Shown here in pieces: positions 23,771 through 34,207 of a DNA stretch of 64,000 bases. The stretch spans positions 1,364,001 through 1,428,000 of the forward strand of contig OX337232.1 of assembly GCA_946965045.2 (NCBI GenBank), read 5' to 3'. Position numbers and translations under genes: made by a program. Source of the stretch: Epithemia pelagica (lineage: Eukaryota; Protista; Bacillariophyta). The notes beneath the pieces were generated by a model, which was not told where the DNA came from, did not search any database, and saw nothing but the letters and a program-made list of their open reading frames with translations. Position 1 is the stretch's first letter. Every line of letters begins with the position of its first letter.

Positions 23771-23818
23771 GTGGAATGAAAAAATGTCCGATGAGTGGAA
23801 TGAAAAAATGTCCGATAG
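23771..23818. repeat. Two-copy 24-bp tandem duplication
   Basis: GTGGAATGAAAAAATGTCCGATGA followed by GTGGAATGAAAAAATGTCCGATAG, in the divergent intergenic region. Confidence 0.9.
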
Positions 23819-24031
23819 ATGACCACACCGCGATCTCCCCGTGGTTAAGAATAATCTCCCGCGGACAAAAGGAGAGTTGGCACGGCCCCGAAGAAACAGA
23901 CCCTTAAAGCTCATCGCTACATTGTCTGTATCCAACGCTAAGACGTAGGAGTAGTTTTTTCAGGATTTCTTTCGTCTGGCCGTCATGCGTGCTACCCGTG
24001 CGGGTTTGGAAACTGCGCAGACGGTAGCGTA

Positions 24032-25600
24032 GTGCACGAGCAAAACGAAGACACACTTTACGGAAATGAACAACTGGAAATGACGGAACCGGCACAAACG
24101 GACCATGGTACACCGAAAGAATCGCAACACTCAAAGACATCCATGATGCAATCGGTTCAAGATATCAACAGTCAGTCTGAGCGATCCACGAAGCAGCATA
24201 TCCGACCACGAATTCGAAACCGAATGCCAAAACCTCAGTCGCCATGCGCAGAAATTCCCCCCACAGCAAGGACAACAGCGCCTGTAACCAGGGACGAAAC
24301 GGAGATGGATGATTCTAGCAAGCAATGCTCTCCTGAATCTGCGACATTTGTCCATGATCCTTCCACCGTATCTTCGACATCTACTGCGGAATCGCCGGGA
24401 GTCACCAAGAGTATTCTCAAAAAGAATACCAAGTATACCAAGACGCTCGTGGAACAGGCAGCTGCACTGTCAGCCGATGCTGTGAACACCGAGACTCCCA
24501 ATCAAGAATCGGAAACTGAAACTTGTCGGAAAACCTCTTCTACCGTCCAGGATTCCATTGTCGAGCGAAAAGTTCGTCGACGGAACACGAAACCAAACTC
24601 TGCATCCCCACAACACAGTACTGGGGCATTTAACTCAATTGAAGGTTTTGTCCCAGGAGCAGTTAGTCAACTTCCATACAACAATGAAATCCGTAAGATA
24701 CAGACGCCAGATGTCTCCAATTCCGAGACGGTTGTCTCGGAAACTGACTCTACGCGTTCTCACCAGGAGCGAAAGGGTGACGAGGACGACGAAACTGATT
24801 TGGTGTTCAATTCACTAACGGATCTCATGGGAAAAGCTGGAACATTGCCTGACGAAAAGGTGGTTTCCTTTGATAAGGAAGGGACAGTAATCGAGGCGGA
24901 TCTTAGCTTTAGTGTCATGTCACCTGAGGAGTTTGAAGCAACAATGAACGACCAAGAAGAAGGAAAGACGCAAGAAGATGTGTCTAATCCTGCGGCAGAA
25001 GGCGAGGATGACACGGAAGATGACGACGAAAGCGAAAAAGAAAACTCGCAGGATGGGGAAGGTAATCTATGGGATCTGATGGATGACGACGGTATGGATG
25101 ATGAACCAGTGTACACAAGGGAAGAACGTGCTTTTCTACAATTGTGGAAGGCTCTATCCCAGTGGGTCACCCCTGATGCCGTGGAATACGTTATTCGTCA
25201 TCAGCAGAGTAAGACAGACGAACTCAAAGGCGGGCCTACTCCTCGTGATTGGAGCGACGTCGAGAGCACTCGGTGTGCGGGGCTCATGTCTCTCTTGCAA
25301 CTTTATCTGAATCCAGTTTTGCAGAATGACCTCCAGCAAGCCTTGGAAGAACGGCGCAAGATTGAACAACGATTGGGAGACTTGATTCGTCTCTTTGAAT
25401 ATACACAGCCCTCCCCCAAACTCAATGCGAGCAATGCGAGAGCTCTGACGTGCATCTTGATCCAAACGGTATTTCCTGAATATTACCAACACCCCACAAT
25501 CCCGCCATCCTGTAGAACCATTGGATTGAACGCTGATGAGCACCGATACCTGGTCCAATCGGCCATTTCCAATTTCAAAACCCCGGCACAAGACGGATGA
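24032..25600 (+). CDS. Protein with a C-terminal domain resembling plant RPAP2/RIMA (RNA pol II-associated); 5' end uncertain
   Basis: FLQLWKALSQWVTPDAVEYV and IEQRLGDLIRLFEYTQPSPKL..ALTCILI resemble, from memory, the plant RPAP2 C-terminus. Also KSILKK and an acidic linker. No Rtr1 zinc finger was seen. Confidence 0.45.
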   Translation: MHEQNEDTLYGNEQLEMTEPAQTDHGTPKESQHSKTSMMQSVQDINSQSERSTKQHIRPRIRNRMPKPQSPCAEIPPTARTTAPVTRDETEMDDSSKQCSPESATFVHDPSTVSSTSTAESPGVTKSILKKNTKYTKTLVEQAAALSADAVNTETPNQESETETCRKTSSTVQDSIVERKVRRRNTKPNSASPQHSTGAFNSIEGFVPGAVSQLPYNNEIRKIQTPDVSNSETVVSETDSTRSHQERKGDEDDETDLVFNSLTDLMGKAGTLPDEKVVSFDKEGTVIEADLSFSVMSPEEFEATMNDQEEGKTQEDVSNPAAEGEDDTEDDDESEKENSQDGEGNLWDLMDDDGMDDEPVYTREERAFLQLWKALSQWVTPDAVEYVIRHQQSKTDELKGGPTPRDWSDVESTRCAGLMSLLQLYLNPVLQNDLQQALEERRKIEQRLGDLIRLFEYTQPSPKLNASNARALTCILIQTVFPEYYQHPTIPPSCRTIGLNADEHRYLVQSAISNFKTPAQDG

Positions 25601-25836
25601 CGATGAGTTCTTGGTTGGCGTCGCTCATCTCTTGTGGACGAGTGCAAACATTGACAAGACTCATACGGTGCTGCTCGGGCGTTTGCTGTAATTCAGTGCT
25701 GATCCCGAAAGAGAAAGAGGTACGGTTCAGCGCGAATCCTCCCGAGAGGCGGATACTTACGTTGTCCCCTTTGTCCCCATTTCCAAAAGGCGTCCGACAT
25801 AGGAATTACAACATCATAGTGGAGTTATTTGGTTAT

Positions 25837-26046
25837 TAGGAGGACTAGGAAGTAGGAGTATGTATTCCTAGTCCGTGGTGGATCAGGAAGTACGCTCTCT
25901 AGGTAGGTCGATGGTCGATGATCAAAATGAAATGAAGCTACCTACTCATAGTACTCCTACTCCTAGTAGGAGTACTCCTAATTTTTAGAGGAATAGGAAT
26001 TAGTCCTAGGAGTAGCTAGGAGTACATAGGAGTAGTACTCCTATAG
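25837..26046. repeat. Low-complexity palindrome cluster built from TAGGAGTA/TACTCCTA motifs
   Basis: GGACTAGGAA (25842-25851) pairs with TTCCTAGTCC (25865-25874). Also AGTACTCCTAC..GTAGGAGTACT and ATAGGAGTA-G-TACTCCTAT. Confidence 0.7.
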
Positions 26047-26086
26047 AATTTTGGTCCACTACGGATAAGGTGTAAGATGTAAGACC

Positions 26087-26383
26087 TAGAGGTTGGACCC
26101 GCACCGCGGTGCTGCGACTCGGATCCGCGGTGCTGATCCCTGGCACCGCAACGAAAGAGACTGGCGGTTCCGATCCGCACTACTCGCACCTACGCACAGT
26201 AAAGGCAGGGTGCAGCGATTTGGTCCTCTCTAGGTCTGACCGCCCGTACGTCACATTTGTGCAGAGTACATAAAATCCAATAGTAGTGCGGAACTGCGGA
26301 ACACGCGGGTACTTGGAGCCGCAAAGGCTTGGATGCGCGGGTAACCTACCCGCATCGATTTGAGCTCGCGGGTCCAACCTCTA
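26087..26383. mobile_element. hAT-type MITE, 297 bp
   Basis: Perfect 16-bp TIRs TAGAGGTTGGACCCGC (26087-26102) and GCGGGTCCAACCTCTA (26368-26383). Perfect 8-bp TSD GTAAGACC (26079-26086 and 26384-26391). Subterminal CCGCGGTGCTG repeats. Confidence 0.9.
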
Positions 26384-26716
26384 GTAAGACCCTCTATCGA
26401 CAATCCCCAGCGAGGGTGGCTAAGTGGGTTTAAACCCTCAAAACCACCCCCTCTAAGAAGTATGTGTTGGGTGTTGGATTATCGAAAGACCTTCTACGAA
26501 ACATCGAGAAGCTTCCAATTTCTCAACGCATTATTTCTTGGGGGTTTGTTGTTTCTTGACAAGCATCCAATAGGTGAGATTAGACGACGTATGAAGCTGT
26601 ATGAACTTTGAACTATGGCGAACACAATATCTTCTCTCTCTTTCTTTGCTTTGATAAGACCTGAAAGGCAACGTCCACTCAGCGTTCTCATAAAAAGTTG
26701 AAATCAGATATACACC

Positions 26717-27718
26717 GTGGGCGTCTCTTCCTCGAAACCACACTCTGTCAAGACAAAGTATTTCCATGACTTTGTCAAAACGCTTCCGTCATTGGAGGGT
26801 AAGACGATTGCCATTACTGGGTGCACAACCGGAACTGGATTTGTAGCCGCCAAGGCATCCATCGAGAAGGGTGCTGAACATGTGATTTTGCTCAATCGAC
26901 CTTCCGAGCGTGCCACGTCGGCCCATGATGAATTGGCGGCCATCGAATCCAAAAGCAAGGTCAAGTCGATTCCCTGTGATTTGCAGGATTTTGAGTCGGT
27001 TCGCAAGGCTGCCAGCACAATCAAGGAGAACTACGAGGCTGTCGACATTCTCTGTAACAATGCCGGCGTAATGGCCTTGGATGATATTGCTACCAAGGAC
27101 GGATTCGATGTTCAAATGCAGACGAATCATTTGTCACATTTTCTTTTGGTCAAGGAACTCTTTCCTCTTCTTCAACGAGCCAAGGAATTGCGTGGTGAGG
27201 CCCGTATCGTTCATCACACGTCGTTGGCCAGATCAAGTCCCAAGACGCCTCTGGAAGCCAAGTACTTGGAAAAGAATGGTGGTAACTTGGGTGGGAACGG
27301 AAGCATGTTTTTCAGTGGAGCAAAATGGGAGCGATATCACCAAACCAAGCTGGCCAATTCTGTGTTTACCTTGGCACTCAAGGACCGTTTGGAGGGAAGT
27401 GGCATCAAAGCGGTTGCGGCGGCACCGGGCTTGTCGGCGACCAATTTGCAAGTGACCACAGCAAAGACGGGAGGCATGTTTGGCAGTATGTGGATTATGT
27501 ACATGTCTCAATCCGCCGAAGATGGTACCATGCCCTTGCTGGCAGCCTGTGCGGATCCATCAACGGAAAATGGCGATTTGTGGGAGCCCTCTGAAAATGG
27601 TGCTATGCGAGGTCCAGCTGCCAAAGTAGAATATGATGCATTGAGTTTGGATGAAAAAGCTCGGTCCATGCTGTGGGAGAAATCTGAGGAGGCCATTGGG
27701 GAGAAGTTTGTCATTTAA
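26717..27718 (+). CDS. Short-chain dehydrogenase/reductase (retinol-DH/WWOX-like), possible N-myristoylation
   Basis: TGCTTGTG (TGxxxGxG), CDLQD, NNAG, QTNHLSHF, YHQTK (YxxxK); N-terminus MGVSSS. Confidence 0.9.
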   Translation: MGVSSSKPHSVKTKYFHDFVKTLPSLEGKTIAITGCTTGTGFVAAKASIEKGAEHVILLNRPSERATSAHDELAAIESKSKVKSIPCDLQDFESVRKAASTIKENYEAVDILCNNAGVMALDDIATKDGFDVQMQTNHLSHFLLVKELFPLLQRAKELRGEARIVHHTSLARSSPKTPLEAKYLEKNGGNLGGNGSMFFSGAKWERYHQTKLANSVFTLALKDRLEGSGIKAVAAAPGLSATNLQVTTAKTGGMFGSMWIMYMSQSAEDGTMPLLAACADPSTENGDLWEPSENGAMRGPAAKVEYDALSLDEKARSMLWEKSEEAIGEKFVI

Positions 27719-27855
27719 GAATCTATTAGATGTGTTAGTTCATGATTATCTGATGATCCCCCCGAATCGCCTATGTACTAATATGCCACTTTTGTTGAAA
27801 CACACGCACAACATTTCCAGAGCAATGGCTGTGAAGGGTGAAGGATATCTATTAT

Positions 27856-28671
27856 CTATTGAACTGCTTCCGTGAAAACGAACATTCTTTCCTCCTCAGG
27901 GAGATCTTCCTTGAGAAGATTATCAATGATATCAATTACTGTGTCAGCCGTTTGACCTGAAATCGCTTGACGAAACTTTTCTTCCTTTACAGTAACACCG
28001 GACATGTTTTGTATGTGTCTAATGAGATCATCGGCCTCCTTTGGATCAATCATTTGGTCATCATTCTGGTCCGCGCCAAACGCCAATGACAGTAGATTGT
28101 CAATAATTTTGGCCGACAAATTATTTTGCATACCATCGAGAATCTTACGCTGTTCCTCCACTTGTTCGGCAAAGGCTGCTACCGATTGACCTTGCTGCTC
28201 GTTAATCACATCTAGTGCATCACCAATATCTTTGAGGCCCTGTACCGATTCTGACATTTCGTCAATGTTGTGGGCCAGGCGTTTGTTTTCCGCGGTCAAA
28301 CGATCCACCTCCATCTTCATTTTCATCTCCGTTTCTTGCAATGTACGGATATCTGTCAGTTGTACTTGTTGGTAGTAGGCATAGGGACTCACCACCGCCG
28401 ACAAGATTCCTGCAAGAATGACAACCAAAGATCCTTCAATGATCATGGCAAAGAGAGCTGTAATGACGGCAGCAAACGCAAACGCGGCCGCCACGCGTTC
28501 CATGGGTGTCGTTTCAGGAATTGGTTTCAGAAAACCCTTTCCAATCTTTGGTTCCCCAGTTGGTGTTGGTGTTTGTCCATTTCCCTGTGTTTGGCCCCCG
28601 ACGGCCCCTCCCATTTCGATATCTGCAGTTGGATGCGATTCATAATTGGTTTCAGTGGGAGGCGCACTCAT
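27856..28671 (-). CDS. Hypothetical two-TM plus coiled-coil protein, 271 aa
   Basis: Hydrophobic hairpin VAAAFAFAAVITALFAMII..VVILAGILSAVVSPY, then a heptad-rich region. Confidence 0.65.
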   Translation of the reverse strand: MSAPPTETNYESHPTADIEMGGAVGGQTQGNGQTPTPTGEPKIGKGFLKPIPETTPMERVAAAFAFAAVITALFAMIIEGSLVVILAGILSAVVSPYAYYQQVQLTDIRTLQETEMKMKMEVDRLTAENKRLAHNIDEMSESVQGLKDIGDALDVINEQQGQSVAAFAEQVEEQRKILDGMQNNLSAKIIDNLLSLAFGADQNDDQMIDPKEADDLIRHIQNMSGVTVKEEKFRQAISGQTADTVIDIIDNLLKEDLPEEERMFVFTEAVQ

Positions 28672-28905
28672 GATTGCGAGGTATAGTCAAAGAGCTTTGT
28701 TGTTTGCTGCACAGGATGGAAGGATGGAAGATGGACAAGGTAAGAAGTTTCTGCTACAGGCAACAGGCAAGTGCAATTGCCAAGAGATGGAAATGATTCC
28801 ATTCCCTCTTTCAAGTTTAGTACTCTTGAAAAGACACTTGTAAAAGATAAAAGATCGACAGAGGCCTCGCGCGCAAACGTTGGATCCCGCAGTCCCACAG
28901 ACATT

Positions 28906-28933
28906 CAGTGGTCAGTGGTCAGTGGTCAGTGGT
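28906..28933. repeat. (CAGTGGT)x4 tandem repeat in a divergent promoter region
   Basis: Four exact 7-bp units read directly from the sequence. Confidence 0.9.
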
Positions 28934-29284
28934 CTGAGTGTGTCTAAGAAACAACGCGCGGCGGCGCAATGACAGTAAACGACAGTCAGTAACACGTCCG
29001 TTAACTTCTGTGTGCTCCCTTTCAGTCGCAGCTGCAGGTACGACCCAGCGCGCAGGTTGGAGAAACCATGACTGGCAACTGGCAACACAAGATCTCTGAC
29101 ACTGTGACGACATCGGTCGGCTGGATTCCCCCACGAGTTCAAAGATACAGGCGACAGGCAACAAACAATAACCGAAGCCAAAGCCACCTTTGTCGTCGAT
29201 CCTTTGTTTGAACCTTCATATAAAGCGAAGATTCATCACTCTTTTTGTTACCTACAAGTTTCATAAGTGCCATCGACGAACACC

Positions 29285-30016
29285 ATGTCCAAGACCGCAA
29301 CCTTCACGACCAGCATGGGCACCTTCAAGGCCGAGCTCTATGCTTCTCAAATGCCCATTACGGTCGGCAATTTCATCGACCTTGCCAACAGTGGCTTCTA
29401 TGATGGCATTCACTTTCACCGTGTGATCCCCAATTTCATGGACCAGGTAAGTCTACATCCTTTTTTCGTTGCCTTTGATCTTTTTGTGACAAAGAAGGCT
29501 TGTCATTGAAAAGGCGACCGCGAGGAACCTGTCAGTGTGACTGTTTCGGTTGTTTAAGATTCTCGGACCATTGCTGATTCCCTGCTTTGTTATTCTTATG
29601 GTTTGGAAATCTTGTTATGACAGTTTGGATGCCCTCACGCCAAGGACCCCAACAGTTCTCGTGCGGGTACCGGCGGTCCTGCTCCTGGTTCGCAATTTCA
29701 AGGATTGGACGGCAAGACATACACCCGCAATCGTGAGGGTGGCATTCCGGATGAGCTTACCCAAAAAATCTCCAACGGTCCTGGTACATTGTCCATGGCC
29801 AACACGGGCCGACCGGAATCGGGCGGAAGCCAATTCTTTATCAACGTTGCAAACAACACGTTTTTGGATTGGTTTGACCGAAGCTCTCCCTCGGCTCACC
29901 CCGTCTTTGGAAAGGTAACGGAAAACTACGATTTGGTGGTCAAGATCTCTCAAGTCCGTACTCGCAATGACAACCCTGTTGAACCAGTCAAGATGATCTC
30001 GGTCCGAGTTGAGTAA
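29285..30016 (+). CDS. Cyclophilin-type peptidyl-prolyl cis-trans isomerase
   Basis: Intron 29447-29623 (GTAAGT..GACAG) gives [17 protein letters not shown]|[36 protein letters not shown]. Confidence 0.95.
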
Positions 30017-30516
30017 ACACAAGAGAATGGGAGATTCGGCATTCATATCGTTGATAGTATGAATAAGGGAGCCAAGAACTAATGAAAATGACAATAAAAT
30101 ACCCTGACAGATAGTCTTAGTATGTATGATCAACTCAACCTTTTTATCATTTCATCAGAGAGAGAAGTGCTTTAAACCTGAGACACAGCGAAACGTACAA
30201 CTGATTCGTTGCATGACCAGAAGTAGCCGAGACAGAACAACGACACAAACTTGGAAACCAAGGAGATGGATATCTACGTCAAAAGAGTTGCCCATTGATA
30301 GATGCTCTATGATTGGAGGAACACTAGAGAAGCGTATATAAGAAAGGGATTGGCCCACGGGATCCAAGGCTTAGGCAGTGTAGTGCAAATGAACGCGCTA
30401 CGGAACTACGTTGAACCGTCCCATTAACGACAATATGAAAGTCCTTGTTCATTACAATTTGTGGACTGAAACATGACTATTCTCTATTCTACTCGATCGC
30501 GAAAGAAAGGAGCATG

Positions 30517-31188
30517 CTAGTAAAACCATGCAAGGTACAAAACAATCAAGGTCACCACCATGCAGGCAGCAACAAGGTAGGCGTCGGTGATGTCTCGTCG
30601 TTCAATAATACGCATGGTAGATTGTGTCAGCCCCAGCCGATTACCAATATCATTCAACATGCCTCGCACATTCCGTAATTGATGCCGTTGCCGTTGTAAA
30701 TTTCCCAGATTGGCCGATCCTTGGTCAATTAAGCTATTCACCATTCGATGACTAGATTCCAATGATTCACTCTCCGCTGCCAACATTTGCATATCTGATT
30801 CACTGCTTTTGTCTTTCCCACCCCTTCGCCTTCTCAGCAATTCCTCCCGCTCTGACTGGTACGTCGATTGTTGTCGTTGATGAAATTCGGCTGCCTGACC
30901 TTGCTCTCGTAAATGGGCGGATACTTGGCTCAAGTCACGAATCTTTCGCTTCCACTTTTCTCGTTGCGCTGGAGATTCTCGCAGTACCATCTCCTCCTCC
31001 ATGATATTCAATTGTCGATCCAACTCGTCCAATACCATAAAGAGGTCCGACGCCTTGGCCATTCCAGTCATGCCTGGTTGTTGCTGCTGTTGCTGAATCT
31101 GCTGCAGCTGCTGTCGGGCATCGTACGCTAGTTTGTTGCATTTTGGAAAAAGTTCACTGATCGATGTCATTGTATTATTGAAAGACAA
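30517..31188 (-). CDS. GOSR2: Golgi Qb-SNARE membrin/GOSR2/Bos1-like
   Basis: Helical N-domain, REELLRRR, SNARE helix ESLESSHRMVNSLIDQG..QRHQL..IGNRLGLTQSTMRIIERR, and a C-terminal TM. Confidence 0.8.
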   Translation of the reverse strand: MSFNNTMTSISELFPKCNKLAYDARQQLQQIQQQQQQPGMTGMAKASDLFMVLDELDRQLNIMEEEMVLRESPAQREKWKRKIRDLSQVSAHLREQGQAAEFHQRQQSTYQSEREELLRRRRGGKDKSSESDMQMLAAESESLESSHRMVNSLIDQGSANLGNLQRQRHQLRNVRGMLNDIGNRLGLTQSTMRIIERRDITDAYLVAACMVVTLIVLYLAWFY

Positions 31189-31666
31189 AGATAACGGCGC
31201 TGCAATGAAGTGAGGATGTTGGATTGGTGGTTGATTCGTACTCCTACAAGTTTGGTTTTGGTGTTGAACGAAGCACAGCGCATTTGGTTGAAAGTCCCAG
31301 AAAGGGACACATCTGTTCTTCTTCCTTTCGTTTCCTAGCGGTCATAGATTATCTCCATCGCTCAAGTCAATAATCTTTTTATGGATTATATGAAATGGTT
31401 TCTGTCTTGTGTCTGAGGAGTCGGGTAATATTAAAATTGGGGAGTTTTTCGTCCAAAAGGCGCAAAGTTTTGCGGCAAATTCAACATTTAGCAGAGAACA
31501 CAAAGAAGAAAAGATCAAACAAACGACCAGTGTGGCCAAAGCAAGTTTGTTGATGATATAAAGAAGAAAGGAGGGCTCAAACACTTGCTGATAGAAGACG
31601 ATCGCCCATCGTCCACCCTCATTCTCGAATCGCTGCTTTGCCTCAGGCTTGTTACCCATTGTCGCG

Positions 31667-33907
31667 ATGGTGCGACCACCAGCCTCACCGAATCTACTGG
31701 CAAGGTCTCTCTGGCCTTCCTGTCTGGGAAACACTGTAACAAGAACAGTCAAAGGATCGAGAAGGTCTCTTGTGTGTTCGACGTCCTTTCTAGATGTTTT
31801 GGTCAAGAAGGACGTGTCCGTTTCAAGCCAGTTAAGAGCGCTTCACTCGGATGCCCAGAACCGAATAATGACGCTCAATGCCTCACAAAGAATGCAGTTC
31901 CGAACGGCAGAATCTTATAGATACTTTTCTTCCAGTGGTGCCCAAGAAGAAAGCTCTTCCGAAACAATCACCGATTCGCCCGAGGGAGAAAGCGACAAAG
32001 TGGATGTTTCCAAAGTTTCGGTAAGCAAGGAGGATGAGCACCACGAGGAAACGAAACGTAAAAAACTCTCAGAGGTACGCACCTTCGATCGACGTTGTAA
32101 GCACAAGAGTTCCATATCCCAACTAACACTTTCATGGTCTGACCTAACTGGGAATAACCATAATTGAATGATTGCGTTTACCATTTTGACACATCCGTCA
32201 AAAGGTTCCCATATCTGAAGTCCTAAAATCAAAACACAATTACCGATGGGTTGACCCAGTCATAATGCAACATCAATCAGTACGGGAAGCAGTTGTGGCA
32301 GCTGTTGAAGGAGGGCTGTCTGGAATGATGGTATTAGAGCCAGAGAACAGACGTGTTGTCGGCCTTGTGACTACTCGTGATTTGTTGCGCATCATGGCTG
32401 CTGGTCTTAAGGAACATGAATCTGCGGAAGCTGTAATGGATAGGGTTGTGGGTGATTACATGACGAACATTAGCCAAGTGATTTATGGCCGGCCCGACGA
32501 AACAATAGGTGTCGCTCGGACTCTGATGGCAAAACTTCGAATCAAGTGTTTACCCATTCTCTCTAAAGATTGGAAGGTGGAAGGCCTCCTCACAGCTCGG
32601 GACATGTCGGATTATGGACTCAGTGCCAAGGAAATTGGTGGGAAACGCGCATACCTGAAAGATGTTTCTGAACGGGTTGGCTTGAGCAGCGATACCAGCA
32701 TGGCTGAACCTCCGACCTACCTCAAAGCTCACTTGGCTTTGGAACAGAAACCCTTGTTTGTCAATGTTGGTGTCGCCTCTCTTCCGCATCCTTACAAAAC
32801 AGCAGACAACTCCACAGTATCTGGAAGAGGTATGTACTTTGGCGTTTTTGTAGTGATTGCATATGGTGGAGATTGGTACGCTGACCGTTTCTGACAGGTC
32901 GGAGAATGACCGAACTCTCGAGTGACTTGTCACTCTCGGAGGATGCATTCTTCCTAACTACGGTAACTCTTCCTGACGAGGAAGACAAGACTCTCCGAAA
33001 GTTCACATACGCTGGTGTAGCAGATGGCGTTGGGGGCTGGAGAGAGTACGGTGTCGACCCTCGACAGTTTTCGAATCGCTTGATGGAAGAGTGCCAAAAC
33101 ATATTGCATGAAGCTTCTCGAAATGGTCAAGAAGAGGGTGACAGTTTTCGCCAAGTAATAAGCCCTGCACAGATCATGGATCAGGCATACGAGAGAGTGA
33201 AAGCACAAAACGTCATCGGAGCAACCACTGCCTGCATAGGCTTGTTCGACGGTCTGCGTCATCAGTTTCACTTTAGTAACCTTGGAGACTCTGGATTGAT
33301 TGTGTTGCGCCACATCGACTCCGATGTTGCCGGTACCCTCAAAAGGGAACGTCTGATCCCAAGGTCGGAACGAACTTCTGATATGCAAGTTGCATTTGTT
33401 AGCCAGCAGCAGTTACGCTCGTTCAACCACCCTTATCAACTAGGATGGACTGGGGACGAAGAATCGAATCAGGAAGCCGAATCATTTAAGAACGCCCGAG
33501 AATCGTGCACCAGCTCGGTTCATCTTCGTCGAGGAGACATTGTGATCATGGCAACCGATGGTTTATTCGACAATGTGGAGTTTGACGATATAACTGCCAT
33601 CGCTTTGGAATGGGAACAGAAACATGGCTTCATTCGTGCAGGTGACATTGCACAACGAGAACGACGGTGGGCAATGGGAAATTCCCTTTCCATTCAATCT
33701 CAGGAGCACATTTCGGAGTTGGCGCAAGCACTAGTAGAGAGGGCACGAGATAATTCTATTGATCCCACGGTAGACTCCCCCTTTGCCATCTTGGCGAAAG
33801 AGAACGATATAATGTGGTCAGGTGGCATGCCGGACGATGTCACAGTGGTTGCTTTTCATGTGGTTGGTCGTGAGGCTGAAGACTTGATGGGTGGAACGCA
33901 TACGTAA
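31667..33907 (+). CDS. Probably mitochondrial CBS-pair plus PTC7/PPTC7-like PP2C phosphatase fusion
   Basis: R/S-rich transit-like N-terminus. Introns 32075-32204 and 32830-32897 keep frame and phase. CBS motifs VVGLVTTRDLL, IKCLPIL..VEGLLTARD. PTC7 motifs GVADGVGGW..GVDP, GATTAC, NLGDSG, QQLRSFNHPYQL, ATDGLFDN, GGMPDDVTVV. Confidence 0.85.
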
Positions 33908-34207
33908 CATTGCAGCAAAAGAATTTTGTCTCTTTTTTGGTATTCGCCCGTGGCTACTCCTAGGAAGTAAAGAGACTAGGATCACTATTGAAGGCACTCC
34001 TGCGATAGTTCTTTCCAGATACAGCTACTACGGTTAAACCAAATGCAAAACCCTTCCATAAACCAAACATCGAATCATAGACGGTATGAGACGAACGCCG
34101 ATACAGAATAAAGGTTACTCCAAGAACGCATAAGGCTCATTTGCAAGACGCACTCCCACCATAAAGTTATGTCGTTCTGGGCCCACAGAACAACATAAAT
34201 TCTCCAT

